Part shown: positions 11,679 through 24,070 of the stretch, one piece after another
Numbering within the stretch: position 1 is the stretch's first letter
Layout: each line of letters starts with the position of its first letter
NCBI RefSeq assembly: GCF_963853765.1
Contig: NC_088856.1
Location: forward strand, 34,658,001-34,722,000
DNA from: Magallana gigas
Taxonomy: Eukaryota
DNA length: 64,000 bases
Reading direction: 5' to 3'
Translations under genes and position numbers: made by a program
The notes under the pieces: generated by a model
Told to the model about the DNA's origin: nothing
What the model saw: only the letters and a program-made list of their open reading frames with translations
The model's database searches: none

Positions 11679-12959
11679 TTAAGTTATTCCAAATATTCAA
11701 TCCCGGAATAAGTTTATAAAAACTTCAAATCAGAAAATACTCATTAAAGGAATAATAAATTAATTTTTCTAGCAACTTACGCACATGAAATAATAATTTA
11801 AAGTTTCCCCAGTTATTCCAGAAATTGAAACAATCTTTTCTTCAGTTTACTTTCCCTACCCTTGATCCAAATTTCAGTTCAACATCACACACATTGATTC
11901 AGATAGTCCTTTAAAATGATAAATCAACAAGACACAGGATGCTAATATTCTTAATCTTAACATTTAATGTTTTCATACAAACCAATCTTCAATAACAAGT
12001 AAGTACTGGTATTTGAAACTGAGGGTTACACTGTCATGAAAATTTAACATCAGACATTAAATACGTCATACAATACTGCACACACAATACATTTCACTGA
12101 ACAATGACACCTGAAGTCCCCAACTGGATTTTTTTTTGATTTCATAATAAAGCTACTGTAGCTGAAAAATTATAACACAAATGTAACAACAGTCTAATCA
12201 GGTAATTATCAATAGATTATTAATTTTTTGCTATTTTTGTGTAAATATCAAAATTTTAAATTTTCATAATTTGTGACATTTTTAAAAAATCACTTTAAAA
12301 TGGCAAATTATGACTGAAACTGTACCTATAGTTCTTTTGTACGGTTTGAGACAATAAATATTTGCAAGCAGAGCTCAAGGTTCAAGAAATCCTCCATAAA
12401 AACCTTTACAATATTTTTCACCAACATGGCAAAATTAATATGAAAGAAAGAAATTTCAAATACATGTACCAAAAGTATAGGGAATTTTTAAAAGGACTTC
12501 ATACCTTCTTTTTTGATGAACATGACAGGTCCATTATACGATATATCTCTTTGTAAAGAAACAATTGACAACCAGACTCTGTAGATACGATTGTAAATTG
12601 TTTACAGAAAATGTGTAGTGTTGGAACAAACAATAGCTCTGTGTTTTATGCATAAATAACATAGAATAACAAAACAAAAATCAAACAAATGATTTCCTAG
12701 TCAAAACCTTCTCATCCTCTAAAATAATTTACTGAATAATCATGAAACAAATATTACTCATTCAAAGGAGTACAAAAAAAGTCATGTAAAAGTCTTTGGA
12801 TTAAAAAATAAGTTATTATTAAAATAACATGAACAGGTATAAAGCCAAATATCGGGACTAAAATAAAGCTTGTGAAAAGATGTTAAAATGTTCATTTTGT
12901 ATTCTGAATGAGTAAAGCCACATATATTTGAGCGGAGAGCCTGAGCAAGATTTCAAGAG

Positions 12960-15900
12960 TTACTTTTCTTTCTTCTTCTCTTTCCGTTTACCCTGTTTAG
13001 AGGTGATGGGCTTAGGTTTAACGATGCGAGACTGAGGTAAGTATGCGGTGGTGATTTGCTGCATGACCATCAACGACAGACACGCAAGTGTGGCGAACAC
13101 TCCCCACCACGTGGTTCCCGCGGCAGCATTGCTGAACCAATCAGAGAATAGGGCCATCACTAGTGTCACGGAGACTAACGTAAAGGCACACAGTCCTGAA
13201 GTGGCGTGATAGAGTTTCATGTCTGCCAGTCGAATTTTCCAGGAACTTACCAGATTATTATACTTCAGTAATACTCCACCAAAACACTGCACACAGACCC
13301 AGAGAACGGTCACTAGCCCCATTGTGCCGTGCCAGGTGGTGAAATGCTCTTTGTTGTTGATTTCCTTATTGTAATATATTATAATGAATCCTGCAATGGC
13401 AGAAAATAGGGATGCTACCATCATGTAACCATGTATATTGGCTTTGGTTGATCTTTGCCATGATGGTATCAGAGAACTGCTTGGTGAAAAGACAGTGATT
13501 GCTTCAAACATCAGCAGTCCCATCTGCAATCATACAAAATGCACATGTATGCATACATATATACTAGTATCTATAACAGGAATACTTATTTTTGAAAGAA
13601 CCCATTTTGCACTTTTTTTTGGTGACTCATATTGAAATTTTAATGGCTGTCAATTGATGATGAATGTATAAAGCTCCTGTAACCTTCTATTTTCCATACA
13701 TTTGTTACTTTCACAAGCTGAGTCATTATGTCTCTTAAATGAAGTTCTGATTCAATATGCATGTATCACAAAAATTTTCTTTAGAAATCAAAATGTTATA
13801 GCACAATGCAAACATAGGTAATCATAGATTACTAAGCTCACCGAGACGGAGCATCACCCTTATGAGACATCACCTTCATAAGACCACCTTTATCATTTTA
13901 TATGAAAATCATACTTTATGATCTTGGATATCCATGGATTCTGTTTTGACAAAATATCGTATATCATCTGATAAATTTTTTTATGATAATCATATGTTCA
14001 TATGTTAATCAATACAATGATATAAAATTAAATATTGCATCATGTCATATTTCTAATATAATATATATCATATAATAAATAAAATACCGTAATAAACAAT
14101 AATGAGATTTGATATTGTAACGTATGATATGACATTGTATTGTGTTATACCTTATTGTATTTGATCACATAATACAATATCGAAAAATATAATACAATAT
14201 AGTATCATATTACAATATCATATTACATAATACATCATAACACTGAAACATGATATTATATTGTATGATATAGAATGTTATTGTATTGAATGACACTGAA
14301 ACATAGTTGATACATTATATGATATTATATCATATAATACAATATAATTTGATTCCAACATTGTATCTTATCAAATGATACAATATTATGTGATATGGTA
14401 AAATATTATAAAATACATTATTATATTATACATATTGCATCATATGACACAATAAAATATATTACAATATCATATAATACAATTTCATGTGATATGATAA
14501 TATATCATATAAACCAATATCATATCATACAATATTGTATGATACAATATTATATAATATTACAATATCATATAATACAATTTCATGTGATATTATTCTA
14601 TATTACTGAAACCAATATCATATTATACAATATTGTATGATACAATATTATAGAATATACAATATTGTATCATAGGATACAATATAATATTTTGCAATAT
14701 CTTATGTAATTGTATCATGTGATAAAATAATAAATTAAAAATACAATATAATATTATACAATATTGTATCATAATATACAATACTATACATAACAATATC
14801 ATGATACATAATCATAATTATCATAAAATATCAAAAAAATTGATACAATATCATATCGTATCGTATAACTTTTTATAATATAACATATGATATCATATTG
14901 TATCATATCAAACAATATTGTTTCATATCATACAATACTTTATCATAGGAATCATGTTATATCATTTATCAACAAACACATCTATCTATCGAGCTGGTTT
15001 GAGTGAGGTAGGAGATTTCTTTAGCATCCTTGATAATGGAGATCAGGCTCTGCTTCTGAAGCAACCTCTGCATTTAATTTATAATAAAGTTAAATCAACT
15101 ATGCAAGCTATCATCTATAAAACATATGACCTGTTCCAAAAAACTAAACCTCATCCAGCATCCGAAACCTATGGCTCAGATTCAGCATTCAAGCCCATCA
15201 GGTGCATTTGTATCATAAGACGCATCATCCATGCAATTTTGGTGAAGTTTGGACCAGTAATAACTAAGATATCATCATCAGAGGGCACTAGCAATTAAAA
15301 CCTTAACTTCCTCCAGCATCCGCAACCTATGGCTCAGATTCAGCATCCATGCCTGTCAGGTGCATCTGTATCATAAGACACACCATCCATTCAAGTTTGG
15401 TGCAGTTAGGACCAGTAATAACTAAGATTTATTTTTTAGCATCCTTGATAATGGAGATCAAGCTCTGCATCTGAAGCTACCTCTGCGATTCATTCATATT
15501 ACAGTTAAATCAACTATGCAAGTTTGAAATAGTACTATCATCTATTAAACATGTGACCTGTTCCTAAAAACTTCACTTTATCCAGCATCCGAAACCAGAC
15601 TATGCATTCAAGCCTGTCAAGTGCATCAGTATCATAAGACACACCATCCATGGAAGTCTAACCAGCTCTTAAAACCTTAACCTCCTCCAGCATCCGAAAC
15701 CTATTGCTCAGAATCAGCATTCAAGCTTGTCAGGTGCATCAGTATCATAAGACGCACCATTCATACAAGTTTGGTGAAGTTAGGACCAGTAGTAACTAAG
15801 ATATAATCATCAGAGGGCACCTGCAACAAAAACTTAACCAGCTCTAAAAACCTTAACCTCTTCCAGCATCCGAAACCTATTGCTCAGATTCAGCATTCAA

Positions 15901-16409
15901 GCTTGTCAGGTGCATCAGTATCATAAGACGCACCATCCATACAAGTTTGGTGAAGTTAGGACCAGTAGTAACTTAGATATTGCTATCAATGGGCACCCGC
16001 AACAAAAACTTTAACCTGCTCCAAAAGCCTTAACCTCCTCCAGCATCCGAAACCTATAGCTCAGATTCAGCACTCAAGCCTGTCTGGTGCATCAGTATCA
16101 TAAGGCACACCATCCATGCAAGTTTGGTGAAGTACAGACCAGCAGTAACTAAGATACTGCTATCAAAGGGCACCTGCAACAAAAACTTTAACCTGGTCCA
16201 ACAACCTTAACCTCCTCCAGCATCTGAAATTTAGGACCCAGATTCAGCATCCAAGTCTTTCAAGTCCATAAGTAGGTCCAGATGCATCATCCATGCAAGT
16301 TTGGTGAAGATAGGACAAGTAATAGCTTAGATACAGGACCTGCAACAAAAACTTTAACCAGGTCCGGACGCCGACGCCGACGCCACCGCCGACGCCGACG
16401 CCGACGCCG

Positions 16410-16441
<32 letters not shown>

Positions 16442-18344
16442 TAGCATAAGCTCTCCTTGACTTCGTCTCGGTGAGCTAAAAAGTCAAAGCAAACATGTAA
16501 GGGTTTTCATTTTTTCATTCATTTCATGTAAGGGTTTTCATTTTAATCATGTGCAGCACATGTCAATGTATAATCATGGCGCCATGGTCATTTCATTGAC
16601 AATTACAAAAAATATACCCAGCATTATTTTTCAGTAATTTTGCTTATTTTTTCTAATGCTAAGCAACTTTACAAACATATCTGTTCTGTAGTTCATGAAA
16701 TTCAAAAAAATAATATAATTGTGCTCTCTGACAAAGGAAGATAACTTCTGTACATATATGTGACAGAGTTTGTCCATTGTAATTTTATGACAATTAATTA
16801 CATAATGAACTAGGTATGTCTATAAATATATATTGGTACATGTACTAGTATTTTCATATTTGATTGATCAGGGTATGAATAGTAGTACTTACTGCTATAG
16901 CCATCAAAGTTGGATGCCATGAAAATAGACCTGGAAAAGTGTGAAAAAATAAAATCAATATTAAAATAATTACCTGTTTTATTCACTTTCCCGAATACTA
17001 ACTCATTTTTTCTTACATTTTCCATTCCATATAGTACCTGTAACTGTACAAGGTTCCTCGAGGTAAAAATATCTAGAATTACACTAGAATTTTCTTTTTC
17101 TACAGCCAATAAAAATTAAAAAACAAAAAATAGAATTTTTTTAATCACATTATTTAGAACAATATAATTAAATGCAAAAGACAAAAACCCGTATAACCTA
17201 ATACCATAATTTTGTACTCTTTTTTGATGTTTTTAAAAAATAAAAAGAATTGTACCCCTCCCAAAAACTTCCTGGACAGCCTCAGTTTAAAAGGGGGTAA
17301 CCTGAAATTAGACCACATAAAAGCGAGCACAGCTTGCTGGTGGGAAGTACTGCACTGCAAGTTCTGTTGACACTTGACAGTCCCTGCATTGGCAAAGATA
17401 AAACTCAAACTATTGCTCCCTTTAACATACTAAATTTTCTGATTTAAGTGTACATGTTTCTAATAACCTGACAGTGAAATTGTGCTTGTGTTATTGGCTT
17501 CGCCTATCAGTCGCCCACATCATAAAATATAAATGTTTATACATGTATACTGCTAAACTATTTTTATTAAACTCTGTCCTAAGATATTCTTGATTCACAT
17601 TTTGCTTAATTGCTTGATATCTATAAATACCTCAGGGTTCAAACGATGTTTATTCAAAAGTACGAAAAATTTCCAAGATTTCTCAGTCGAAACGCCCCTG
17701 TTAGCTTATCATTTTACAATGCTAAAAAATGTGATGTCTACGGGGATTTTGTATTGCAGCAAGCCCGGATAATAACGGTGAAAATAGCGCGATGTATTCC
17801 GAGAAAAGATTCCCCATTATAAATCTCCATAAGGAATCTGTTTTCATTCTTGTGAATTTTTCCAAGCGAAATATGATGTGTTAATGAAATTATCTTGGAA
17901 ATTTTCCCTTTCAACCATTTCAATTGTTCTTCTTTCATATGTATGTGTATTTTTATTAAAAATCGTCCAAATGCGCTGCTTAGATATCTTGGGATAGACT
18001 ATAGTGTTCATTTTTTTTCAAGTTGATGCATCTATTGGTAAACCATGTACATGTACCTGCGTGCATTTAATCATATTAATGCTGCACTCGCCTAAACGGT
18101 AAAACACATTAGCGACCCAATGGAAATTGAATGCTAACAGTTGGTTAAATTGATTGTAACCTTTAAGACATTTTTAAAACAAGGGCCGCACACGGTCTGT
18201 AGGCGTTGTCAAAGGTAGACTGTGACAAACCCGTGCTTCTCGCTCAGACTGTGTAAAAACTTGGAAACACTACTTACTGCTTCCCGGCCAAGCAATATAA
18301 ATAATGCAACCCGTGAATGCAAGAGCTGCAAAATGAGCAACCAT
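12960..18344 (-). CDS. CYB561D2: cytochrome b561 domain-containing protein 2-like (transmembrane ascorbate ferrireductase)
   Basis: Exons complement(18278-18344, 16893-16930, 12960-13523), GT-AG, 669 nt = 222 aa. MVAHFAALAFTGCIIYIAWPGSSLFSWHPTLMAIAMGLLMFEAITVFSP...HGYMM...HFTTWHG...KLYHATSG matches the family motifs SLFSWHP and KLYHATSG, with heme-ligand His residues and multiple TM helices. Start codon position uncertain. Confidence 0.9.
14020..14950. repeat. AT-rich degenerate low-complexity repeat (ATACAAT/TATCAT motifs)
   Basis: ~930 bp of reshuffled ATACAATAT / TATCAT / TATTGTAT motifs in both orientations. Confidence 0.85.
15140..16350. repeat. satellite-like tandem array, ~178-180-bp unit, ~6-7 partial or complete copies
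   Basis: CC(T)CCAGCATCCGAAACCTAT recurs at ~15,150, 15,308, 15,580, 15,680, 15,857, 16,034 and 16,211; a block at ~15,016-15,140 is duplicated at ~15,430-15,570. Confidence 0.9.
16366..16436. repeat. (CGCCGA)n followed by (AT)n microsatellite
   Basis: directly visible; lies just inside the 3' end of the Helentron-type element. Confidence 0.9.
17605..17915 (-). repeat. dispersed repeat, inverted copy of ~1,105-1,480
   Basis: reverse complement aligns by eye with the copy at 1.1-1.5 kb. Confidence 0.65.
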
Positions 18345-18572
18345 GTTAGGCACAAAACAAGCTGAACAAATTCTGACACTAGCAACATCACAACTCGCAT
18401 TCAATTAATTTCTTTATACTTAGTTAAAAGCAAAATGTTTAAAAAAGCGTTTTAATGATCCAAATTCAAAAATATCTAATAGCTAAGTCACAATGCAGTG
18501 TGATTCCGGATTGATAGGACTTGGTAGTGCGCGAGTGGCTGGAAACCACCCTATGCGCGGATTGTAAGGAGG

Positions 18573-18648
18573 TATTCTCTTTTGAGAAGTGGACAGGCAT
18601 AGCCTACATCCATGTAGGCTATGCCTGTCCACTTCTCAAAAGAGAATA
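18573..18648. repeat. perfect 37-bp inverted repeat with 2-nt spacer
   Basis: TATTCTCTTTTGAGAAGTGGACAGGCATAGCCTACAT-CC-ATGTAGGCTATGCCTGTCCACTTCTCAAAAGAGAATA, no mismatches. Confidence 0.97.
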
Positions 18649-21360
18649 TATAAGGAGGGGGAGGTCAATGACAACATTCAAATTTCTTTAAATTACATTA
18701 TAGAATTACCAAAAATATAGCTTGGACCCCCTGGCAAACTGAAGCCCCCTTGAGAAATTTTCTATATACACACAGAGACAATAAATCTTTGATGCACGCA
18801 TGATCTGCCACATTAATTTGTCTGTGTTACCATTTTTAAATTTATTTCATGTTCTTAAATAAGTTAGTACAAACTTTACAAATAAAATTCTACACTGCTT
18901 TATGTACAACGTTGCATGAAAAAAAAGATATACATCGAATTCTTTAACTTTGATTTTTTAAAATTTTATCTGCAACTCATTTAGGGAAAATTAGCATAGG
19001 AACTGCAACCCCTTCTTTTAAAATTTTTAAGATGATCTTATGTAAAACACACATTGACTTTCGAATGTTAAATGCCTTTTCAATAAAATCGAGTACTATT
19101 CAAATGGAGCTACAAGCTTCTGTAATGATTTTGCGAGATTTGCCAAGCACCAATATCACATTCTGATCAGTGATTCGCTAAAATGTGTGTCTCGCGAATA
19201 ATCTGATTTCATTTTCTAAAGCGTCTGCAGATTTCTTTAAAATAAGATAAATGATACACGTATATTATTTTTAACATCCACTTTAGCACTGTTTAGACAG
19301 TCGAGCAGTATAAACGACAAATGATGGGGGAAAACAAGCGAAATGGGTGATCATTCTCATCTACAAAAAATTTAAGATGGCTGGGTGGTCGTGGCCATTT
19401 TTATGCTATTTTTTCCTTCTAATGAAGAAGATCTATGTTTAAGGATATTTGCAAAATGCTCAAATTGTATGGATTTTTCTCTACTTAATAATATTTTATA
19501 GCTAAACCAATATTTGAAAATTTAAGCTTGTTGTTAATTAGTTGGTTACTCACCTCTTTAAAAACCCTCCCTTTATATATACAGTATTATACATTAACTA
19601 CAAATATATTTACTAAAGCACATTCATTCTAAGAAAACGTTTATAATGCACCTCTACATGTACTTGACGATTTTTTAAAAGTACAAATAATTCTCAGTAG
19701 ATTTTTGGTCGAACCTTCGATTACTTTCATTTTCTTCTCTACAGTTACTTACTATAGTATATACTATAGGATCTCCGGAATCATGACAACAAATAGTTAC
19801 TTAGTATTTTGTATATTATTAAGTCCGAGATTTTCCGGGCTTTTAACGTTACACTTTCTATCATGAAAAGGTGTGTTTTAACGCATGTAGCTCCGTGTGG
19901 TGTTTGAATGAAACGATTGATCTTGCTGGGATAAAAAGAAATGCTTAATTTAACTGATTCTATATCCTGACAAAATATGTTAATGTAAAATAGTCATTAT
20001 TTATAGATTTTACATATGCATATATAATGCTAATTTCTATAATACCGGCAATGTACAGTATGTAATATGGTATAGACACAGATGGTCGAGAATATAGTTC
20101 AATGACGAAATGATCTTGAAGTTAAAAGGCGATTGGATTCCGTTAATTTGTTTTCTTGATATCACAACGTTGCCTCTGTAGTCCGTGAAAGTTTTGTTAC
20201 AATATTATTTTCGGAAAGCTATATACCGAAGGAGAAGAAATAATGAAAAAAGAAAAAAAGATCAGAATAACGGACACCTGACCACCCCCCCCCCCCCCCC
20301 CCCCCACTGAAAAAGCTACGACCAGTAACAATATACATGTAACTTAAACCCACCAAAAAAAAAACCCCAAAACCAAAAAAACAACAACAAAACAAAACAC
20401 AAAAAAAAAAACCCCAAGCTTCCAATCAGTCGCCAATAGGGCACAGGTTACGACTGGTTATCTCTCTTGAGTTTTAAAAATTCAAATGACAATTTACAAA
20501 ATAATCGTTAGAAATATATCGTTATCGTAATATGTTGTTATATCCAAAGACATGTAACAAAAAAAAATTAAAAATGGATGAAGGGTAGTTGTCATCTTAA
20601 ATCATCTGACTATTTTCTCATGTACCAGTAATTACATATGGCAATGCATAAAGTTTAAGTAAACAATTGAATTTTCAAGATGATGTTTACTAACGAAGAC
20701 CGTCAGGGGTCTGCAGTCATTTCTGGGGATAACTTTAAACACCAACCCGACAAGTCAACATTTATATTTTTTTCAGCTCATTTAATTGTCATTAACAAAT
20801 TTTGATTCCCAATTACCTAAATTTTTGTAAAGGACACTAGCCTTTTTGCTATGAAAACAAAGAACTGTTCTTTTGTTGTAAGAACGAGTTAAACTATAAG
20901 ACCATTTACACCAGAATCACCCAGTAATCCACTAACTGCGGAACAGAGTACAAGCACCATATGTTGTTGTACGACTATATCGTTTCAATGTACATTTATC
21001 ACACAGGAACATGTTTGGTGAAATCAGGCAAACACCATCGGCTTTCATTTGGAAAAATAAAGCAGGTTCTAATACGCGTTTTGCTAGAGCCCCGCTAACA
21101 GTTGTTGATGTGCTCTCCGTCTTGCAGTCTATGACCAGTCGCTGGAGATTGAATACAGAAGGGCAAGTTGTTCACTAGTATTTGTTTTTTTACAGAATTC
21201 TTTGAGAACTGAATCTCCAAACATAAAGTATCTGGCAACGTGTTATAACTTTTTTATCCAGGTTTTAGCGGGAAATAAGTTGTTGGTGCCATCATTATAT
21301 CCATGCTTACCATCTTTTTCTTTTTTTTTTTTGGTTAAAAAGGTTGAGAAAATATCAACC

Positions 21361-21842
21361 AGGATGGGAACTGGAGGGGGATGGATCCAATCTTTATTGG
21401 TATTCTTGTACATCACAGCGCCGTGTCACGCCCTCGTATATGAAGAGAAGATGCCACATTTACTCCGCAATTGTTTGGAACGGACAAGTCATAAAAAGGG
21501 CAACGTGACGCGGGACACAGCCGAGTCCATCGACTACATGTGTACGAAGGAATATCTGTTCAAAACCCCCGAGGAAAGATGGCACCCAGATCTAGATAAA
21601 GTCATAAACACCAAGACTCTTAAAAAATTTGCATCTTTGTTCAAAGAACTTGACATTGGAGAAACCAGGAGTCATAAAATACGTTACAGATACTCCAGTA
21701 TCAAGAGACATTTTGTCAGGGTCAGACGAGCAACGCCAATAATCCGTAAAGAAATCCGAATGCTGTCAGAGGAAGAAAGACAGAAGTTCCTCAAAGCTCT
21801 GGTGGCAATGAAAGCGGACACTAGCGATCCCGTATAATTCAA

Positions 21843-21910
<68 letters not shown>

Positions 21911-24070
21911 AAATACTATCATGTAATCATCGTTTCTCCAATGAATACTATAAACAATTTTCAAACTCTTTCTTTTAGCAAAGACAGCCAAATGTATACG
22001 ACTGGTTCTGTAACTTGCACCCCAACAAGGTGGCTCCCAATGCGCACTATGGGCCGGCGTTCTTTGGATTCCATCGAATATACCTCTATCTGCAAGTTCT
22101 ATTACATGTACCAAGCTTTTGAACTAAAAATTGATCAATAGGTTGCGTATTCGACTTAACGATTTTGGTTCAAGAAAGTGCATACCGAAATGGTATCACT
22201 TTTAGAAATTTTAAATGACAATAAAAGTATTGTTCAAACTCTTTTTCCTATACAATTTAGAAAATAAATGTTATAAGCTGTACAATTTTCTTCTTTTAAA
22301 ATAACACGTGTAAACGGCTGTAATTATCCTTTAGATTATATATGTTACTTTTTCAGATTTGAGCAACAGCTGAGGACATACGAACCAGACACGTTTTTGC
22401 CATTTTGGGACTCCACGTACGAAAGTTTACTGGGCACTCCTACATCCAGTGTCTTGTTCACGGAAGATTTCCTGGGCGGGGGTACGGGGACCGTCACAGA
22501 CGGACCCTTCAAAAACTGGAAGCACGATAAGGTGGGTGTCCTTATTAGAAACACAGCCAACAGTGGGCAGCTCTTCCAGCGAGAGACAATAGATAAAATC
22601 ATGATGAAGATGTTTATGTCGGATATTTCAAACCCTGATGCCGAGTTTGATGTTAACCTTGAGGCAAAGCATGGTCAGGTCCATGCCTGGATAGGCGGCG
22701 CTATGGATAATTTGGACTATTCGCCGGCGGATCCGATCTTTTACATGCACCATTGCTTTGTTGATGCAATCTGGGAGCGGTTCAGAGATAACCAGGTCAA
22801 GCGTGGGATGGACCCAACATCTTATCCCGACGTCACCGAAGGACATGCAGCGAACAAACCGATGAAGCCTTTTTATCTAGAAGTGAAAAATGGTAAGAAA
22901 ATATACTTGAAGAACAAAGATGGGTATGCCTTAAAATGGTCCCAGTTAGTACGATACGTATATCCGAAAAGAGAGTGCAAGAGAAATAGCGATTGTCAAT
23001 CAGATGTGATGGTATGTCGAGAGGAACGGTGTATGACAATGACAGCTCATGAATACGAGGCTTCAAAGGCAGCGCCACCACCGCCGCCGCCGCCACCAGC
23101 ACCACCTAAGAGACGACATTCATCGTCTGTATATAAGACACCTATCAACAAAGCTCCTATCACTGCAGCTTTTTTTACCACAACTCCAGCCCCCACGCGG
23201 GGTGTAGACGACCTTCCTGGCTGGGATAACTGGTTTATGTGGAGAAAGAAGAGAAGCGTTAGTTATGTTCACACACGATATCCCTATCCCTATCATTATA
23301 TACGGCGCCATCTTTACTACCTGACCAGACGCTACAGGAAAAAGTCGAGACAGCAGAGGAGGGAAAAGATAGGAGAGGTTGGAATCAAATACAAGTACTC
23401 TGATGAGAAGACATCCCCGATCTACCATTCTCTTCAGAATACGTTTACCATCGACGGCGTGGAAGATATTGACAACTGGGTGTACATCCCAATTATAGTT
23501 TATTACAGACGACCAAACGAAGTCCATTATGATGCTCATCCTATAAGCCATGGTCATCCTATTATGAATAAGGACGTCTTCAACCAGTATCACGATGCCA
23601 ACTACATCACGCACAAAGTGGGCAATCCTGCAAAGAATGCCAACTGTTATCATATTGGTTCCGGGGCCACCAAGGTATATGTGAAGGCAACAGGGATGAA
23701 CTACAATGGGTTCTACACGGACTATGCTCTAGTCGATGAAAGGCAGCCCCTGTCCTTTGGGTTGACCGAAGTCGGGGTGAAGAAGCCGGTTGGTAAAACT
23801 CCATCAAAAGTCTATATTTCTGCCCACGATCCATGTGGCAGAAGTTGTAAAGCTCGGTGTCTGGTCGCGGGCTCCAATCCGCCTCGTTACAGAGCGTGCT
23901 CAGGGACGATTGGCGTCACCTCAAAGGGGCCTCTGATGTATAGTTCCAACATCGGCGACGCCCATCTCAACACATACGATTTCTCAACCCTTCCTCCAAC
24001 TCTGTCCAGTAAGAAAATATTCCTAGTCTTCTATTGTGACCAGAGCGAGGTGTGGCCGTGGGACGCATGA
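21361..24070 (+). CDS. secreted tyrosinase-like protein (type-3 copper), 765 aa
   Basis: Exons 21361-21831, 21979-22091, 22357-24070 (2,298 nt, in frame; intron 2 is GC-AG). Signal-peptide-like MGTGGGWIQSLLVFLYITAPCHA. CuA His: NLHPNK, NAHYG, FFGFHRIY. PFWDS motif. CuB: KHGQVHAWIGG and SPADPIFYMHH. Then Cys-rich, poly-Pro and basic Tyr-rich segments and a C-terminal Cys-containing domain. Confidence 0.93.
21849..21909. repeat. (CT)n microsatellite in tyrosinase intron 1
   Basis: ~30 CT units starting 18 nt after the donor. Confidence 0.95.

Larger units (their letters stand above)
13811..16481. mobile_element. Helentron-associated non-autonomous element (HINE/pearl-like) with internal satellite, in a CYB561D2 intron
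   Basis: Subterminal inverted repeats AGCTCACCGAGACG (13,835-13,848) / CGTCTCGGTGAGCT (16,464-16,477) followed by AAAAA. Short 5' hairpin GTAATC/GATTAC. Internal ~178-180-bp tandem units, then (CGCCGA)n and (AT)n microsatellites near the 3' end. Confidence 0.8.

Noticed and set aside
14395-15298. ORFs 14395-14640 and 14918-15298
   Set aside because: They come from low-complexity and satellite sequence inside the Helentron-type element and carry no protein motifs.
20284-20420. Poly-C and A/C-rich tracts (also poly-G at ~38,886-38,904)
   Set aside because: Ordinary homopolymers of uncertain length with no further structure.
22345-23834. Minus-strand ORFs overlapping the tyrosinase exon, and plus-strand ORFs over FoxP exons or the LINE
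   Set aside because: Antisense shadows of real coding sequence.
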